Shown here in pieces: positions 39,633 through 52,967 of a stretch of 64,000 bases of DNA. The first letter of the stretch is position 1. The number at the start of each line of letters is the position of its first letter. The position numbers were made by a program, and so were the translations under genes. The stretch spans positions 12,028,001 to 12,092,000 of the forward strand of contig OX597819.1 in NCBI GenBank assembly GCA_951406725.2, in the 5' to 3' direction. The DNA comes from Octopus vulgaris (lineage: Eukaryota). Below the pieces are notes generated by a model. The model did no database searches. It was not told the origin of the DNA and was given only the letters and a program-made list of their open reading frames with translations.

Positions 39633-39919
39633 CTGCAAAGATTTCAAAACAGATTTATCATTTCTAGCTCCAATATCAACAACAACAACATCAGTGACAG
39701 AGCATCTATGACATCACTGCTTAAAATAGTAGTCAAGTCTCCCTAAAATTACACAATACAGTCTAAAATATGAAGGACCCATTGAACAGTATAATCCTAG
39801 ATATACTAAAAGACAAGACAGTCATGGTTGGAAAACCTTTGATCATAGAACTGCAAGAAGAGAGCTGACCTAGGGGTAAACAACAACATAACCCAACTAT
39901 TTAGAATAACAATCAAGAA

Positions 39920-40475
39920 CATTATTTACATTATTCACAATTGACGGATATTTGTCCTCATCTTGTTTGTTGTTAACACAACGTTTCGGCTGATATACCC
40001 TCCAGCCTTCATCAGGTGTCTCGGGGAAATTTCGAACCTGGTTCTCATTCTTAAGGTATTTTACGATGTTGTTGTTGTTGTTATTATTAACCACTATGCC
40101 ATATGCCCACGAGCATATGACATAGTGATTAAGAGCGCAGGCTACTAACCCCAAGATTTTGAGTTCGATTCCAGGCTGTAACCTGGAGGAGGAGGGCGGC
40201 GGTGACAACAACATTGAAAAATACCTTAGGAATGAGAACCCAGGTTTGAAATTTCCCCAAGACACCTGATGAAGGCTGGAGGGTATGAACCAATGAGGAG
40301 GCTTTTTGCTGTCATGCAGCATCATACTTTTTACAAAAACATCATTGGTTTGGGGAGAGCAACTATTCTGAGGATGTTCTTGATTGTTGCAGTTCTATAT
40401 TTAAGAGATGAGGAATTATGTACATTATTTACATTTGACGGATATTTTGTCCTCATCTTGTTTGTTGTTAACACA
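39920..40475. mobile_element. PLE terminal repeats, inverted plus direct, with tRNA-like head and hammerhead
   Basis: Intact hammerhead at 39976-40019(-); tRNA-like head 40105-40185(+); partial hammerhead at about 40265. Confidence 0.75.
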
Positions 40476-40673
40476 TAGACCCAGTTGGAAAAGGGAGAGG
40501 AGATGATAGTAAAGATGTGTCATGGTGTACCCTCAAGTTACAGGGATGTGAATATAAATGAAATGGAACAGAGCATTGAGTGGGGAGGTAAATTTGCAAG
40601 AGGGCAAAGGTGCATGGGAGACAACGGAGAGAAGAATAAAATGAGTGGTGAACACAGGTGGAAAATTGCCTAC

Positions 40674-41029
40674 CTTAAACTGATCACATATAGCCATCAT
40701 CAATGCCAACTGGTACTGTGCGATTTTACACTCAGCAAAATGTCCAACACCATAAGCCACAAGTTCAAGTTTAAGCTGAGCTAATTGTGTTATACATTCT
40801 TCCATCTTTAACTGGGAAGAAGATTCATCTTTTGGAAGGCCTTGATGCCCAAGAGATGAGGTGTCATCTTGCAAACTCAACAGATGTTTGAAGGTCTCTT
40901 CCAGACTTGTATTGTGTTCAGGAGAAATTTCTCCAAAAGTCTCGTTAGAAATACCACAGTCTGTTGCAGTCATTAACTCTTCATAATGACAAGACAGAAA
41001 ACATTCAGAAATCTTCTTCACCAGAATTT
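40674..41029 (-). CDS. SRRD: SRR1-like protein, exon 3 (SRR1 domain start)
   Basis: cag|AA ATT..AAG|gtaggc, 356 nt; contains LVAYGVGHFAECKIAQYQLALM. Confidence 0.9.
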
Positions 41030-43230
41030 CTGAAAAAATATGCAGGAAATATTTAAAAAGGTAAACAAATCGAACCTAAGAGGTAAGACCAAATGGCATC
41101 CCTCAATTCCAACTAATGGCCACCTCTACTTTAAATCTGTCCAAATATCCTACCAACAATACAGACTGGAGTTTTTTTTCTTCTTTACTTGTTTCAGTCA
41201 TTAGACTGTGGCCATGCTGGGGCACTGCCTTGGAGAATTTTAGCCGAATGAATCAACCCCAGGTCTTATTTTAATCCTGGTACTTTTTCAATTGGTCTCT
41301 TTTGCCAAAACACAAACTTACAGAGACATAAACAAACCATCACCAGGTGTCAAGCAGTGGTAGGGGACACATACACACACACACAACAGGCTTCTTTCAG
41401 TTTCCATCCACCAAATCCACTCACAAGATTTTGGTCAGCCCAAGACTATAGTAGAAGACCAATGCTGAAGGTGCCACACAGTGGAACTGAACCTGGAACC
41501 ATGTGGTTGGAAAGTAAGCTTCTTACAACATAACCAAGTGTGCAACTATACTCTTACTCTCTCTTTTACTCTTTTACTTGTTTCAGTCATTTGACTGCGG
41601 CCATGCTAGAGCACCGCCTTTAATCGAGCAACTCGACCCCGGGACTTATTCTTTTGTAAGCCCAGTACTTATTCTATCAGTCTCTTTTGCCAAACCGCTA
41701 AGTAACGGGGACATAAACACACCAGCATCGGTTGTCAAGCAATACTAGGGGGACAAACACACACACACGCATATATATATATACATATATATGACGGGCT
41801 TCTTTCAGTTTCCGTCCACCAAATCCACTCACAAGGTTTTGGTCAGCCCAAGACTATAGTAGAAGACCAATGCTGAAGGTGCCACACAGTGGGACTGAAC
41901 CTGGAACCATATGGTTGGAAAGCAAGCTTCTTACAACATAGCCAAGTGTGCAACTATACTGGTAAGATATTTTTTAAAAAGGGATTGATATAAAAATTAA
42001 AGCAGCAATTCTGTGCCTCTGAGAGATTGGCAAAAACCATTTGCTGATGCATGATAAATTTCAAACAAATATTCATCCTAAACCAGGACTGCCATGTTAT
42101 ATTGGCAATCAATCTTTACTCCAAAGTACTGTTGCTGAATATCTCTTGTTGTGAGATTTGAAAATGGTAATTTTCTAATTTATGGATCAGTAACTAGTTA
42201 TCAGTTTGAAAACTATATATTTCGAACAGGAATTTGGCAGCACCACCTCTAGCTGAACAATTATTCTGTGCTGATGAAGGGAAATAACCCGGAAGCCGCG
42301 ATACACATATATTGTTTTGAGCTGATTTGGGGTGCTAGATTCTAAATATAAGGACACAGATCGTGTCGTACAGCCAGCTGGAGACGATGTCCCCTGGGGC
42401 TAAATTACAGCAACATTCGTCCTAAACCAAGACTGCCATGTTATGTTAGCAAACAATCTTTACTCCAAAGTACTGTTGCTGGATATCTCTTGTCAAGAAA
42501 TTTTAAAATAGTACTTTTCCAAATATGTGTGCCACCCAAAAACATAAATCTGAGATAAAGCATTTAGTCCACCAACAAAATAAAGGGACCTAAACTAGGT
42601 GGTGGAGAGCTTTAAGCCATGACATTGCAACTAGATTTAGTAAGAAATACAACCAGAACATGTGACAGACATGTAACACTAAACTCTGTCACACAAACAT
42701 GCCGTCTCTCCTCTCTACATATTCTACTGCTACTATGATGGTTTTGCTTTCTCATAACAAAATATTCTCATACTCACACCAAAACACTTCTGATTCACTC
42801 ATCTCTCCACCTCCCCCATCGCCCTAACCTCTGCACTCTGTCCATTTTCCCAGTGGCACCAGCACCTCTGGAATTCCTTCAACCCATGTTTTCACTGCAG
42901 TTGTTCAAGACAAACATCAGTCGCAACAGTTTTAAAAGTTCACATCAATGGCTCAGAGCACAATCCTTCCTCCAGACCAAACCTAAAATTAAAAAACAAA
43001 AACAACACCCAACATCTAAAGTCTTAAACTAAATATACAACAACTAACAGAAGCCCAGTTACAATGAATTAGGAGACACACAATATCTCATCTCATACAG
43101 GATACTAGAGTTGATAATATTCCTCATATTTAGTACATACACACCAACTAGAGAACCAAAAGTGACCCATGCATTGGAATTTAGTAATAATTAACAACTG
43201 TAATCTAATGAAACTATAAACAAGTGATAC

Positions 43231-43271
43231 CTTGGAATTTGGTGTAGAAGTCCGAGAGTTCTATTTCATTC
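43231..43271 (-). CDS. SRRD: SRR1-like protein, exon 2
   Basis: tag|G AAT..CAA G|gtatca, 41 nt; RNEIELSDFYTKFQ; phases fit. Confidence 0.8.
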
Positions 43272-43619
43272 CTATAAGAGAGCAAAAGAATATCAAAATA
43301 TAACATACAGCAGAGATATAAACATAAGTGCATTATATACACACACTCTTATTATACATACCTGTGAGTGTCTGTCACATGTACACAACATATAGCATTG
43401 ATACAACCACGACATAATTATTGCGACAAAGCATTGGCACAGTATTCTTTTCTACTCTAGGCACAAGGGCCGAAATTTTGGGGGAAGGGGCCAGTCAATT
43501 AGATCGACCCCAGTACACAACTGGACGACGCAGGTGGTAAGGCGATTTGGGGGTAAGTTATTCAGGCCCTATTTTTAATTACACACACACGCATTACAAA
43601 TCATTGAAATTCCTTTTAC

Positions 43620-43777
43620 CTGCATTTTTGTAATTTTTGTAGGATAGACTCTTTCGATTCCTGACACTCAGGTGTGAGGGAACTTCCAAAGCTAATAATA
43701 CCATCTTTGAACTGTTTAGCTTTGCGAAATTTCTGGCGCCTTTTGGGTCGAACAACTAGTTGGAAGTCATCGGTCAT
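43620..43777 (-). CDS. SRRD: SRR1-like protein, coding exon 1
   Basis: ATG at 43777; MTDDFQLVVRPKRRQKFRK...LQKC AG|gtaaaa, 158 nt. Confidence 0.8.
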
Positions 43778-46657
43778 TCCGAAGACATCTAGTAACAGAA
43801 CTTGTTACCTCGACCAGAAAATAGTCATTTTGTTTATATTATTTATTGCCTTTTAACAATATTACACATAAACACGTGAGTGTTTCAAAGTTAGTGCTTG
43901 TTTGATAAATGCCTTTATATAGTTGTGATATCGTGACTATTTTGGTGATAGATGATCTTTAATATATATTAGTTCATAGCCACAAAGAATGTGGTGTATA
44001 AATAGAACAAGGTGGATGTAGAACGTAGTTTAATCAGCGACGTAGCTTCTGGAATGGATTGACGTGAAATGTTGGTGATATACATCGAAAACAATGTGGT
44101 TGCTTAAAATTATTGGAATGGAGAACTGGAATCTCGATCGTTTCAGTGACAGAAAAAAAAAAATTTCTCTCAGAACTTAAAATATTGAATTCAAAAACAT
44201 ATCTTTAAACACAGACGTTCAGTTATACACTGTTTTAAGTGATTTACTTAGCGGAATTTTCTGAATGCGATTTTAATTATATATTTATTGACGTTTGTGT
44301 TAATCATATCCCCAGGAAACGTACTTTGTTTACAACTGACAGAACAAGGTATAACTACTGGAATGGTAGTGGTGAAACGCAATGGAACTTACGTCACCGC
44401 ATTCCTTATTTCTGGTTTTAATTATTTTGGATGCGTCAACCCATTTCAAACGTTATTTTTATTTTGTTTGTAGTTTGTGTGTGTGATCTTTGTCTTTTAC
44501 TGACTTAAACATTGTTCATTGGGCATATCTACACAAGCGTCCCCCACTCAATATACACTATGAATTTGTTTCCTCATAACTTTCAGAAAAATGAATATTT
44601 TTTAACTAAATTTTCGACACGCACCTTCAGATTGTTGCAGATTGTTTTTTCTATCTGCAACATCTGACCGGCTTGTTATAATCTCGGGACTGGCGAGCTG
44701 GCAGAAACGTTAGCACGCCGGGCGAAATGCGTAGCCGTATTTCATCTGCCGTTGCGTTCTGGGTTCAAATTCCGCCGAGGTCGACTTTGCCTTTCATCCT
44801 TTCGGGGTCGATAAATTAAGTACCAGTTACGCACTGAGGTCGATGTAATCGACTTAATCCGTTTGTCTGTCCTTGTTTGTCCCCTCTGTGTTTAGCCCTT
44901 TGTGGGTAGTAAAGAAATATATAATGTCGGGAGGTACAAAATAATGAGATCAATAACTCCTTCCCCCATTTGAAATGCTATCTGTTGTAAGCATGGGATT
45001 CCCCATTCATTGATTAGAGCCAGAAAAGGTCCTCGCAAACTGGAAACAGCCAAAGGGCGGATATTCCCTGTTCGCCCCTGAAGTCCATTAGAATTACTAA
45101 CTGAATTGGTCTAAGGGAGATTACTCGTCCTGGCTCTTGCAACACATATTGCTATTTTATTCTTTGTTCACAAATTACTGACCATAACAGATTTTTACCT
45201 TCGGTTCGAAGACGGGTTATTTGCCCTCCACTATTAGAGTCTGACAAATTGTCTATAAAGCTAAGCGCTTTAGGAAGGTGAAATCATTGGTCACTCTATG
45301 ACCGGACATACATTTAACTAAATATAGATATGTATGTACGTACGACAGCCTTCTTTCAGTCTCCGTCTATTAAATCCACTTACGATGTATTTATCTATCG
45401 TAATATATTCTTTTCTACTCTAGGCACAGGGCCCGAAATTTTGGTGAGTGGAGGGGGACAGTCGATTAGAACGACTTCAGTACGCAACTGGTACTTAATT
45501 TATCGCCCCCAAAAGGATGAAAGGCAAAGTCGACCTCGACGGAATTTGAACTCAGAAGGTAAAGACAGACGAAGTCGCTAAGCATTTCGCCCGGCCTGCT
45601 AACGATTCTGCCAGCACGCCGCCTTTCTATCGTAGTATATTATGGGTTTAAAGTGCATAGTGCATAAATTTTTTGACCGAATGAAAAGATTTTTCCCCAG
45701 ATATAGAAAACACTGTATCGTAGGTTTTAGCTTAGGCCAGAGGGACTCGACCTTAGCTTCTGGTGGGACACAGAAAATAAAATAAACTTTAATATACTCA
45801 CACACACACTTATTTTGGTGATCTAAATCACATCCATACTTTCTTCGAGCTTTATGAATAAATCTTCTCAAGAAAGCCAAGGTGGGACAACTCCCATTCC
45901 CAGTAGGGGAATGACGTGTTTCGGTCTTATTAGACCTCTTCATTACTGTTTATACTTTTTGTACAAAATATGGATGCGCGAGACAACAATAAAATCTATA
46001 AGCAAGTTCTCTTCACTTTCTACAAATCACCAGAAGGTAGACTTCTACCAGCCTAAGTGGATTGATAAATCAATGTAGTTAAAATTCAAGTATTTATTTC
46101 CAAAAGATCGTAAAAATACAGGTTTGACTGAAACAGAAATTTATGCCTAGAAAAATAACTATTTTCACTCACAACAATCATTTTGAGACAAACGGGTAGT
46201 GTCACGTGTAGTGTGAAAGGGAAAATGTTGCTATGGTAATAAAGAGAAACTCAGCATGTAAGATGAGGCAACCTAGAGGAATCGAGATACGGCAAATTGA
46301 TGTTTCGTTCATCTGAGACGTGTCTCGTATTGCAACAAACAAAACAGAATAGACTGCGAGCGATTCCATTGATTCTTATGCTAATTTACCGAGAAATAAA
46401 AAAACACATAGCTCTGTTTATATAACAAGTACATTACTGAGAAGTATTGTTCCATCATTGTCATTGGCCAGTGAAAGCCAATGAACGACCAAAACTTTGC
46501 CTGGTTGCCCGAGGATTGTCTCCAAAAGTTTTCTAAACCATTTTCAACAAGCCACCAATAATGACTTTTTTTTTTTCACTGGATACGAAACCAATATTGT
46601 GAAGTTGCGAAATGGTTGACTAAATATATACTGGTATTAAATATTACTGGTATTCAA

Positions 46658-47388
46658 GGCGGCGAGCTGGTAGAAACGCCAGCACGCCGGGCGAAATTTC
46701 ATCTGCCGTTACGTTCTGAGTTCAAATTCCGCTGAGGTCGACTTTGCCTTTCATCCTTTCAGGGTCGATAAATTAAGTACCAGTTACGCACTGAGGTCGA
46801 TATAATCGACTTAATCCGTTTGTCCGTCCTTGTTTGTTCCCTCTGTGTGTAGCCCCCTGTGAGTAGTAAAGAAATAGGTATTTCGTCTGCCGCTACGTTC
46901 TGAGTTCAAATTCCGCCGAGGTCGACTTTGCTTTTCATCCTTTCAGGGTCGATAAATTAAGTACCAGTTACGCACTGAGGTCGATATAATCGACTTAATC
47001 CGTTTGTCTGTCCTTGTTTGTCCCCTCTGTGTGTAGCCCCTTGTGAGTAGTAAAGAAATAGGTATTTCGTCTGCCGCTACGTTCTGAGTTCAAATTCCGC
47101 CGAGGTCGACTTTGGCTTTCATCCTTTCAGGGTCGATAAATTAAGTACCAGTTACGCACTGAGGTCGATATAATCGACTTAATCCGTTTGTCTGTCCTTT
47201 GTGAGTCGTAAAGAAATATGTATTTCGTCTGCCGCTACGTTCTGAGTTCAAATTCCGCCGAGGTCGACTTTGGCTTTCATTCTTTCAGGGTCGATAAATT
47301 AAGTACCAGTTGCCTACTGAAATCGATCTAATCGACTGGCCCCCTCCTCAAAAATTTCGGGCCTTGTGCCTAGAGTAGAAAAGAATAT
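46658..47388 (+). mobile_element. SINE family C with four tandem internal units
   Basis: One head, four units starting ATTTCGTCTGCCG (about 150-185 bp each), one distinct tail ending AGTAGAAAAGAATATT. Confidence 0.85.
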
Positions 47389-48212
47389 TACTAGTCTTCA
47401 TTTCAACAAGCGTAGAAGAACGAAAAGCTAAGTCAAAATCAAATACTGCAAGGTATTTAATTACTTCGGTTTTTATCGTAAAATAACAAATGACTGTAAT
47501 ATAAATTATTTTTCGGTCTAAGTAAGAAGTAAATAAATTGCCTTTTATATTTTGTAAATGTGCCATAATGTATGAGAAGTATTTTTTTAATGCTCCTCGA
47601 AACCCTTCAAATGAGAAACTGAAACCGCACCAGATACTCGTTTCGTCGAGACTTGACCACAACAGTTCATTTTGTATTTTAGTAGTTGTTAACCCCAGGG
47701 CAGAGCAGATTTACAATGAAAAGTATATTTACGATGTCCAGGGGGAAATCCGGACATATAAAGAAAGGAAACTTCTGTAAGCCAACACCGTCTTCTGCAG
47801 CTGAAGATGGCCTTTAGTCACAACAGAATGTAGTAGAAATAAGTTTGTATTTTCTTTTGTTTTGTTCGTCATTTCTCCTAAGATATTAATTTTTTTTTAA
47901 TTTCAATAATTTACCACTCTTCTCAAAATAATATCTAGACGACGTATCCTCTGATTCTCAAGAAACAAATTGAAACAACACTCAAAGAAACAAGTTGAAG
48001 CCCCTCTCTCAGATAAACTGAACAGACTTGTAATTTGATAAAACAACCTGGAGACTGTTTTAGAAGAAACTATTTAATTCTTCTATTATTGTGGTTGTTG
48101 TAGGTCGGCTGAGTGATTTTAAAGGTTGCTATTCGGACATGACATCTTAAAACAGCTCTCTCTCTCCTTCTCTCTCTCCCTCCTCCTTTGTGTGAGAGGA
48201 AAGGTTAAACAA

Positions 48213-48340
48213 ATGGCTGTCTGTCTGCTTCAGAAGTATTTCAAGGCAAACTTTAGTCTGACCCTTTGCAAACGCCTCAGGGAAGGTCTGCGTCAGCCAA
48301 CGTCCATCACGCCAATCTCCTGTTGTTTCTATTCCACGAG
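48213..48340 (+). CDS. Unidentified gene, first coding exon; mitochondrial-presequence-like
   Basis: aaATGg with in-frame upstream TAA; MAVCLLQKYFKANFSLTLCKRLREGLRQPTSITPISCCFYST is basic and hydroxylated with one acidic residue; strong donor AG|gtaagc. Confidence 0.6.
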
Positions 48341-49700
48341 GTAAGCTAAATTTATCACTACTACTACTACTACTATTGATGCTTATATCACAATCATTTC
48401 TACTACTACTACTACTACTACTACTACGTGAGTGAGTGAATGGGGGAACCTCCTGAGATTGCTTGGTCTCGATTTGCTAGAAATAGCAGTAAAATTTTCT
48501 TTAAATCGTATCTTGCCATCTTTTTCTTTTTTTCATTTTCATTTCTTTTTTAGCAAAAAGACGAAAAGAGTAAAGTTGCATTGAATAATACAAAAAGACG
48601 ATTTGATTACCGTTAGAATATCATTCATTATAGGTTTGCTGAATCATGGTTAAACAACCACCACTGATACTATTACCACTACTATTATGGTGACTGTTTA
48701 TTCCAAAGAAAAGGTGCATTGCACCAATAGCCGTTGCTTCCGGGCTGGCACACATGTGGTCGTTTAAGTCCTTGCCAGTCCTCGAAGGATTTTGTCCTAA
48801 ATGTCCGAGCTTGTTTTCAGACTTTTAATGAGTCCTTGTTTCACAAATGTTGAGTAATGCAAAGCTTTCCACTGAAAAATCCCAAGTTACTCTGGTGATT
48901 GGAAAAAAAAATTGGGAATGTGTATCGTATGTGCTGTGTGGATGCCAGGGAAATATGTTGTGTGTGTTTATATGTGAGATGTTGAACAAGCAAAGGTTAA
49001 AATTCAGATCATCCTTCATCGAGCAGACATATGATCATAGACATTCCACTTTATGGCTGCCCTGTCTTTTTATTTTAAACAACAACAAAAACAGAACTTC
49101 TTTGTTCAATGTGTCCCTTTTTAAGACGCCGGTGTAATTAAAGGGTGATTTGACTGCTATTTCTAGCACATCGATCACGTTGGGACTCCATCGTTGACGT
49201 GGGCAGATGATGTGGAGTTGGGCCCAGAGAAATGGTCAGACATAACGAATTATTAAGTAGAGAGAATAGAAGGAGGTCAGTTTGTAGCAGGAATTTGATT
49301 TGTTGCCGTTTGACCCCCAGATCAGCCTGTTTCAACACCCCCATAATCAACCAATTATTTAAGATATAATGCAGTCATGGATGTATAAGTCTTGTACAAC
49401 ATTCAGGTGTGATTTGAGAGAGATTTGGTTGCTATTTCTGGCAGGCCATGCAAACACATTTGTATATAGTAAACAATCTCCCCTGTCATCCCTTCTTTAT
49501 AAGATATATTTAAACTGTTCTATTGCATCTATCACTGCCTTCATCAGGGCCAGGATCTTTCAGTTCATTTTCTTTACTTTCAGCCCCCTCACACACACAC
49601 ACACACACCTACAATATACTCATAACTAGATGGTTGTTTAGCTCCTTAATCCAACAGACCAATAATCAAAAGTATTCCAGTCTTAGCCATTTTTTGGTAC

Positions 49701-49815
49701 CACTTAAATACAGAGGTCCTGATACATCTATGTAAACCTCACCCTAAACCTAATGAGTGTGCACTGTAAAAACATTGTTACGTCGATGTGTTGGGACCTC
49801 TGTATTTAAGTAGTG
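49701..49815. mobile_element. Small MITE with inverted ends
   Basis: CTTAAATACAGAGGTCC ... GGACCTCTGTATTTAAG. Confidence 0.6.
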
Positions 49816-49867
49816 TCCATTTTTCTTTTGACAAAACAACATTATTTAATGTGTTCTATTTTTAAGG

Positions 49868-50596
49868 CAGGGGTCAGGGAACTTTTTAACCAACTACCCC
49901 AAAATATATTTATGCTGATGTTACCCACTTGATTTGGAAGGAAGAAAATCATATCCTCATCATCATCATCATTGTCGTTTAACGTCTGCTTTCCATGCTG
50001 GCATGGGTTGGACAGCTTGACTGAGGACTGGTGAGCCAGAAGGCTGCACCAGGCTCAATCTGATCTAGCAATGTTTCTACAGCTGGATGCCCTTCCTAAC
50101 ACTAACACGAGAGTGTAGTGGATGCTTTTACATGTCACTGGCACAAGAGTCAGTCAGGCGGTTCTGGCAACGACCACACTCAAAAGGGTGTTCTTTACAT
50201 GCTACCTCCACAGGAGCCAGACCGGCAGCACTTGCAACAACCACGTTCAAATGATGTTTTTTATGTGCCAGTAGGTCGACACTGGTAATGTTCACACTTG
50301 AATGGTGCTTTTTATGTGCCACCGGCATGGGAGCCAATCCGTGGCCCTGGCCACGATCATGCTCGGATGTGCTTTAAATTCTTTGAATTTAAAAGGTTTA
50401 TTGAATCTATTTATATGAACCTGTTTACACGTCCATTACATTGGACAGATGCATTGTTATCAGAAGAAAAATCTCTGTCATAACAAGGAACAGGTTTTTT
50501 TATATAATCTTACTTATGTCTAATGAGTCCTCATTACCCCCAAGAATTTCATTTTTACCTCACTTAGGGTAATTTACCTCAGTTTGCCAACCCCTG
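49868..50596. mobile_element. hAT (Charlie-like) non-autonomous element interrupted by a family D copy
   Basis: CAGGGGTCAGGGAACT ... AGTTTGCCAACCCCTG; TSD only partly preserved (..TAAGG). Confidence 0.5.
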
Positions 50597-52661
50597 CAAT
50601 AAGGTTTGAATTAGGTACGTTTGGCTGGTATTTCTTACCAATCAAATGACCTCATAGAGGTCCCTTTGTTGGGTTGGCAAATAAATTCCTCCTCTTCTTC
50701 ATTCTGCATCCTGCTAACATGAGTTGGATGGATCATCATGGTCTAAACCACATTCCTTTTCTTGCATGGTTCTGTAGCTAGATACCCTTCCTAACACCAG
50801 CTACGTTATACAGGGTACTTGGTGTGTTTTATCATAGCATCAACACTATGGAAGTTGCTTTGTCTCTTGCAAGACTAAATGGTCCTCTCTATGCTGCTCA
50901 CAGTTATTCAAGGTTAACATGACTGAGAATGTGGATAGGAGAGTAATGATCGAGAAGCTGACAGAAGAGAGAATTTGAGTGTTGAGAAGGGGCTAGTGGG
51001 AGAGTAATGGAAGAGAGATGATTATAGACAGCTTTGGTGAGGAGATTAAAGAGAAAGGCTGCATGATGGTGGGAGGCGAAGTATTAGGAGAAAGCAAGGT
51101 TATCATCATCATCATCATCATCGTTTAACGTCCGTTCTCCATGCTAGCATGGGTTGGACGGTTCGACCGGGGATCTGGGAAGCCAGAAGGCTGCACCAGG
51201 CTCCAGTCTTATCTGGCAATGTTTCTACAGCTGGATGCCCTTCCTAACGCCAACCACTCCGTGAGTGTAGTGGGTGCTTTTTACGTGCCACCTGCACAGG
51301 TGCCAGGCGAGGCTGGCATCGGCCACGGTCGGATTGGTGCATTTTACGTGCCACTGGCACGGAAGCCAGTCGAGGCAGCACTGGCTTCGGCCACGATTCA
51401 GATAGTGCTTTTTACGTACCACCAGTCCAGGGATCCTGGCATCTGCCGGGTGCCAGTCATAGGATTGGTTTAATTTCGATTTTGATTTCACTTGCCCCAA
51501 CAGGTCTTCGCAAGTAAAGGGGTGTTGGCATGGGTGCCTGTCATCGGATGAGGTTCGATAATGAAAATATGAAATGTAATGGAAGTGAAGAAGAGTGATA
51601 GAGGAAGGAGCAATGTTAAGGGAGGGAGAGAAAGAGAGAGGTTGGTAAGAGAAAGTGATGGATAATGGCATAAGAGAATGGTGGGATTCAGTAAAAAGTG
51701 TCATGTCATGGGAGATAGAGTAAGAATGAGGGTTAACAGTAAAGAATAATAAATATATGCATATTTGATGCTCCCCCTACTTGCATAGGAATCACAGTGA
51801 AAGAGAGGAAGGTTGGTTTCCCCTCGTCCTCCACATTCTTTATCACTTTTTCCTCTCTAAAGCTGTCCACTTCAATGGCTGATCCCTCTGTTTAGTCTGC
51901 TTGAGGTACACCTCTCTCCTACATATTCTCATTAACAACCTCTCGTAATATCATTTTCATGTCTATTATTTTTGCCACCAGAAATGACAAGTGTCATTAT
52001 TTTCCAGTCTTCAATCATTGGGCAATATACTGTGCTTAAGAAGACCTGTTGAGTCAAGTGAAATCATTGCCATGGCCAATGCTAGTACTGCCTGGCTGGC
52101 ACCATACTGGTGGCATGTAAAAAGTATCATTCGAGTGTGGTTGTTGCCAGTACCACTGGCTGGCCCCCGTGCCGGTGGCACATAAAAAGCACCCACTACA
52201 CTCTCTGAGTGATTGGCATTAGGAAGGGCATCCAGCTGTAGAAACCTTGCCAGGTCAGATTGGAGCCTGGTGCCAGCCTCCTGACTTGCCAGTCCTCAGT
52301 CAAACCATCCAACCCATGCCAGCATGGAAAGCGGACATTAAACGAAGATGATGATGATGATGCTGATCAGTTCTCTCCAGTATACTACTTTGCAGTCCAG
52401 AAAACTTCATCTCTCAATGCAGAACATGTGCAAACATCTTACTTTTAGCTTTCCTCTTAGGTTTACCTGACATCTAGCTTCTCTTTTAGTTACCTGATAT
52501 TGCTTATTGCTATTTGCGTTACTCCAGCCACTCAATGTGTGTCTCTTAGCTTATATGGCTTTATCTACAGGACTTTACCATCACCATGTCATCATGCTTT
52601 TGGTTGTAGCCCTCAGCAGGGTCTCTTGGAACTTTCACTTATACTCTCTATATATATATAT

Positions 52662-52967
52662 ATCACCGTGACCGACCAGGCTATCAGATGTTGCTACACA
52701 TCGCTGGTCACAATGCGCTTTGCATTGTTTTTTAGCCTTCAAATGACGCCACCCTGCTGGCTAAGTGAGCAGGCCAACAGAAGAAAGAGTGGGAGAAAGT
52801 TGTGGCGAAAGAGTACAGCAGGGATCGCCGCCACCCTCTGCTGGAGCCTCATGGAGCTTTTAGGTGTTTTCGCTCAATAAACACTCACAACGCCCGGTCT
52901 GGGAATTGAATCTGTGATCCTACGACCGCGAGCCCGCTGCCCTAACCACTGGGCCATTGCGCCTCCA
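52662..52967 (-). mobile_element. SINE with family A head and an alternative 3' half
   Basis: Family A 5' region joined to an unrelated tail ending ..GGTCACGGTGATA(TA)n; second copy at 34303-34513. Confidence 0.75.

Noticed and set aside
42071-42520. Direct repeat of about 105 bp with CTGATGA in the spacer as an active ribozyme element
   Set aside because: The second core reads GAAG rather than GAAA and the repeats are diverged; probably an old PLE relic
43229-43230. SRRD intron 2 donor GTATCA as a second U12 site
   Set aside because: It deviates from GTATCCTT and its acceptor has a normal T-tract without CCTTAAC
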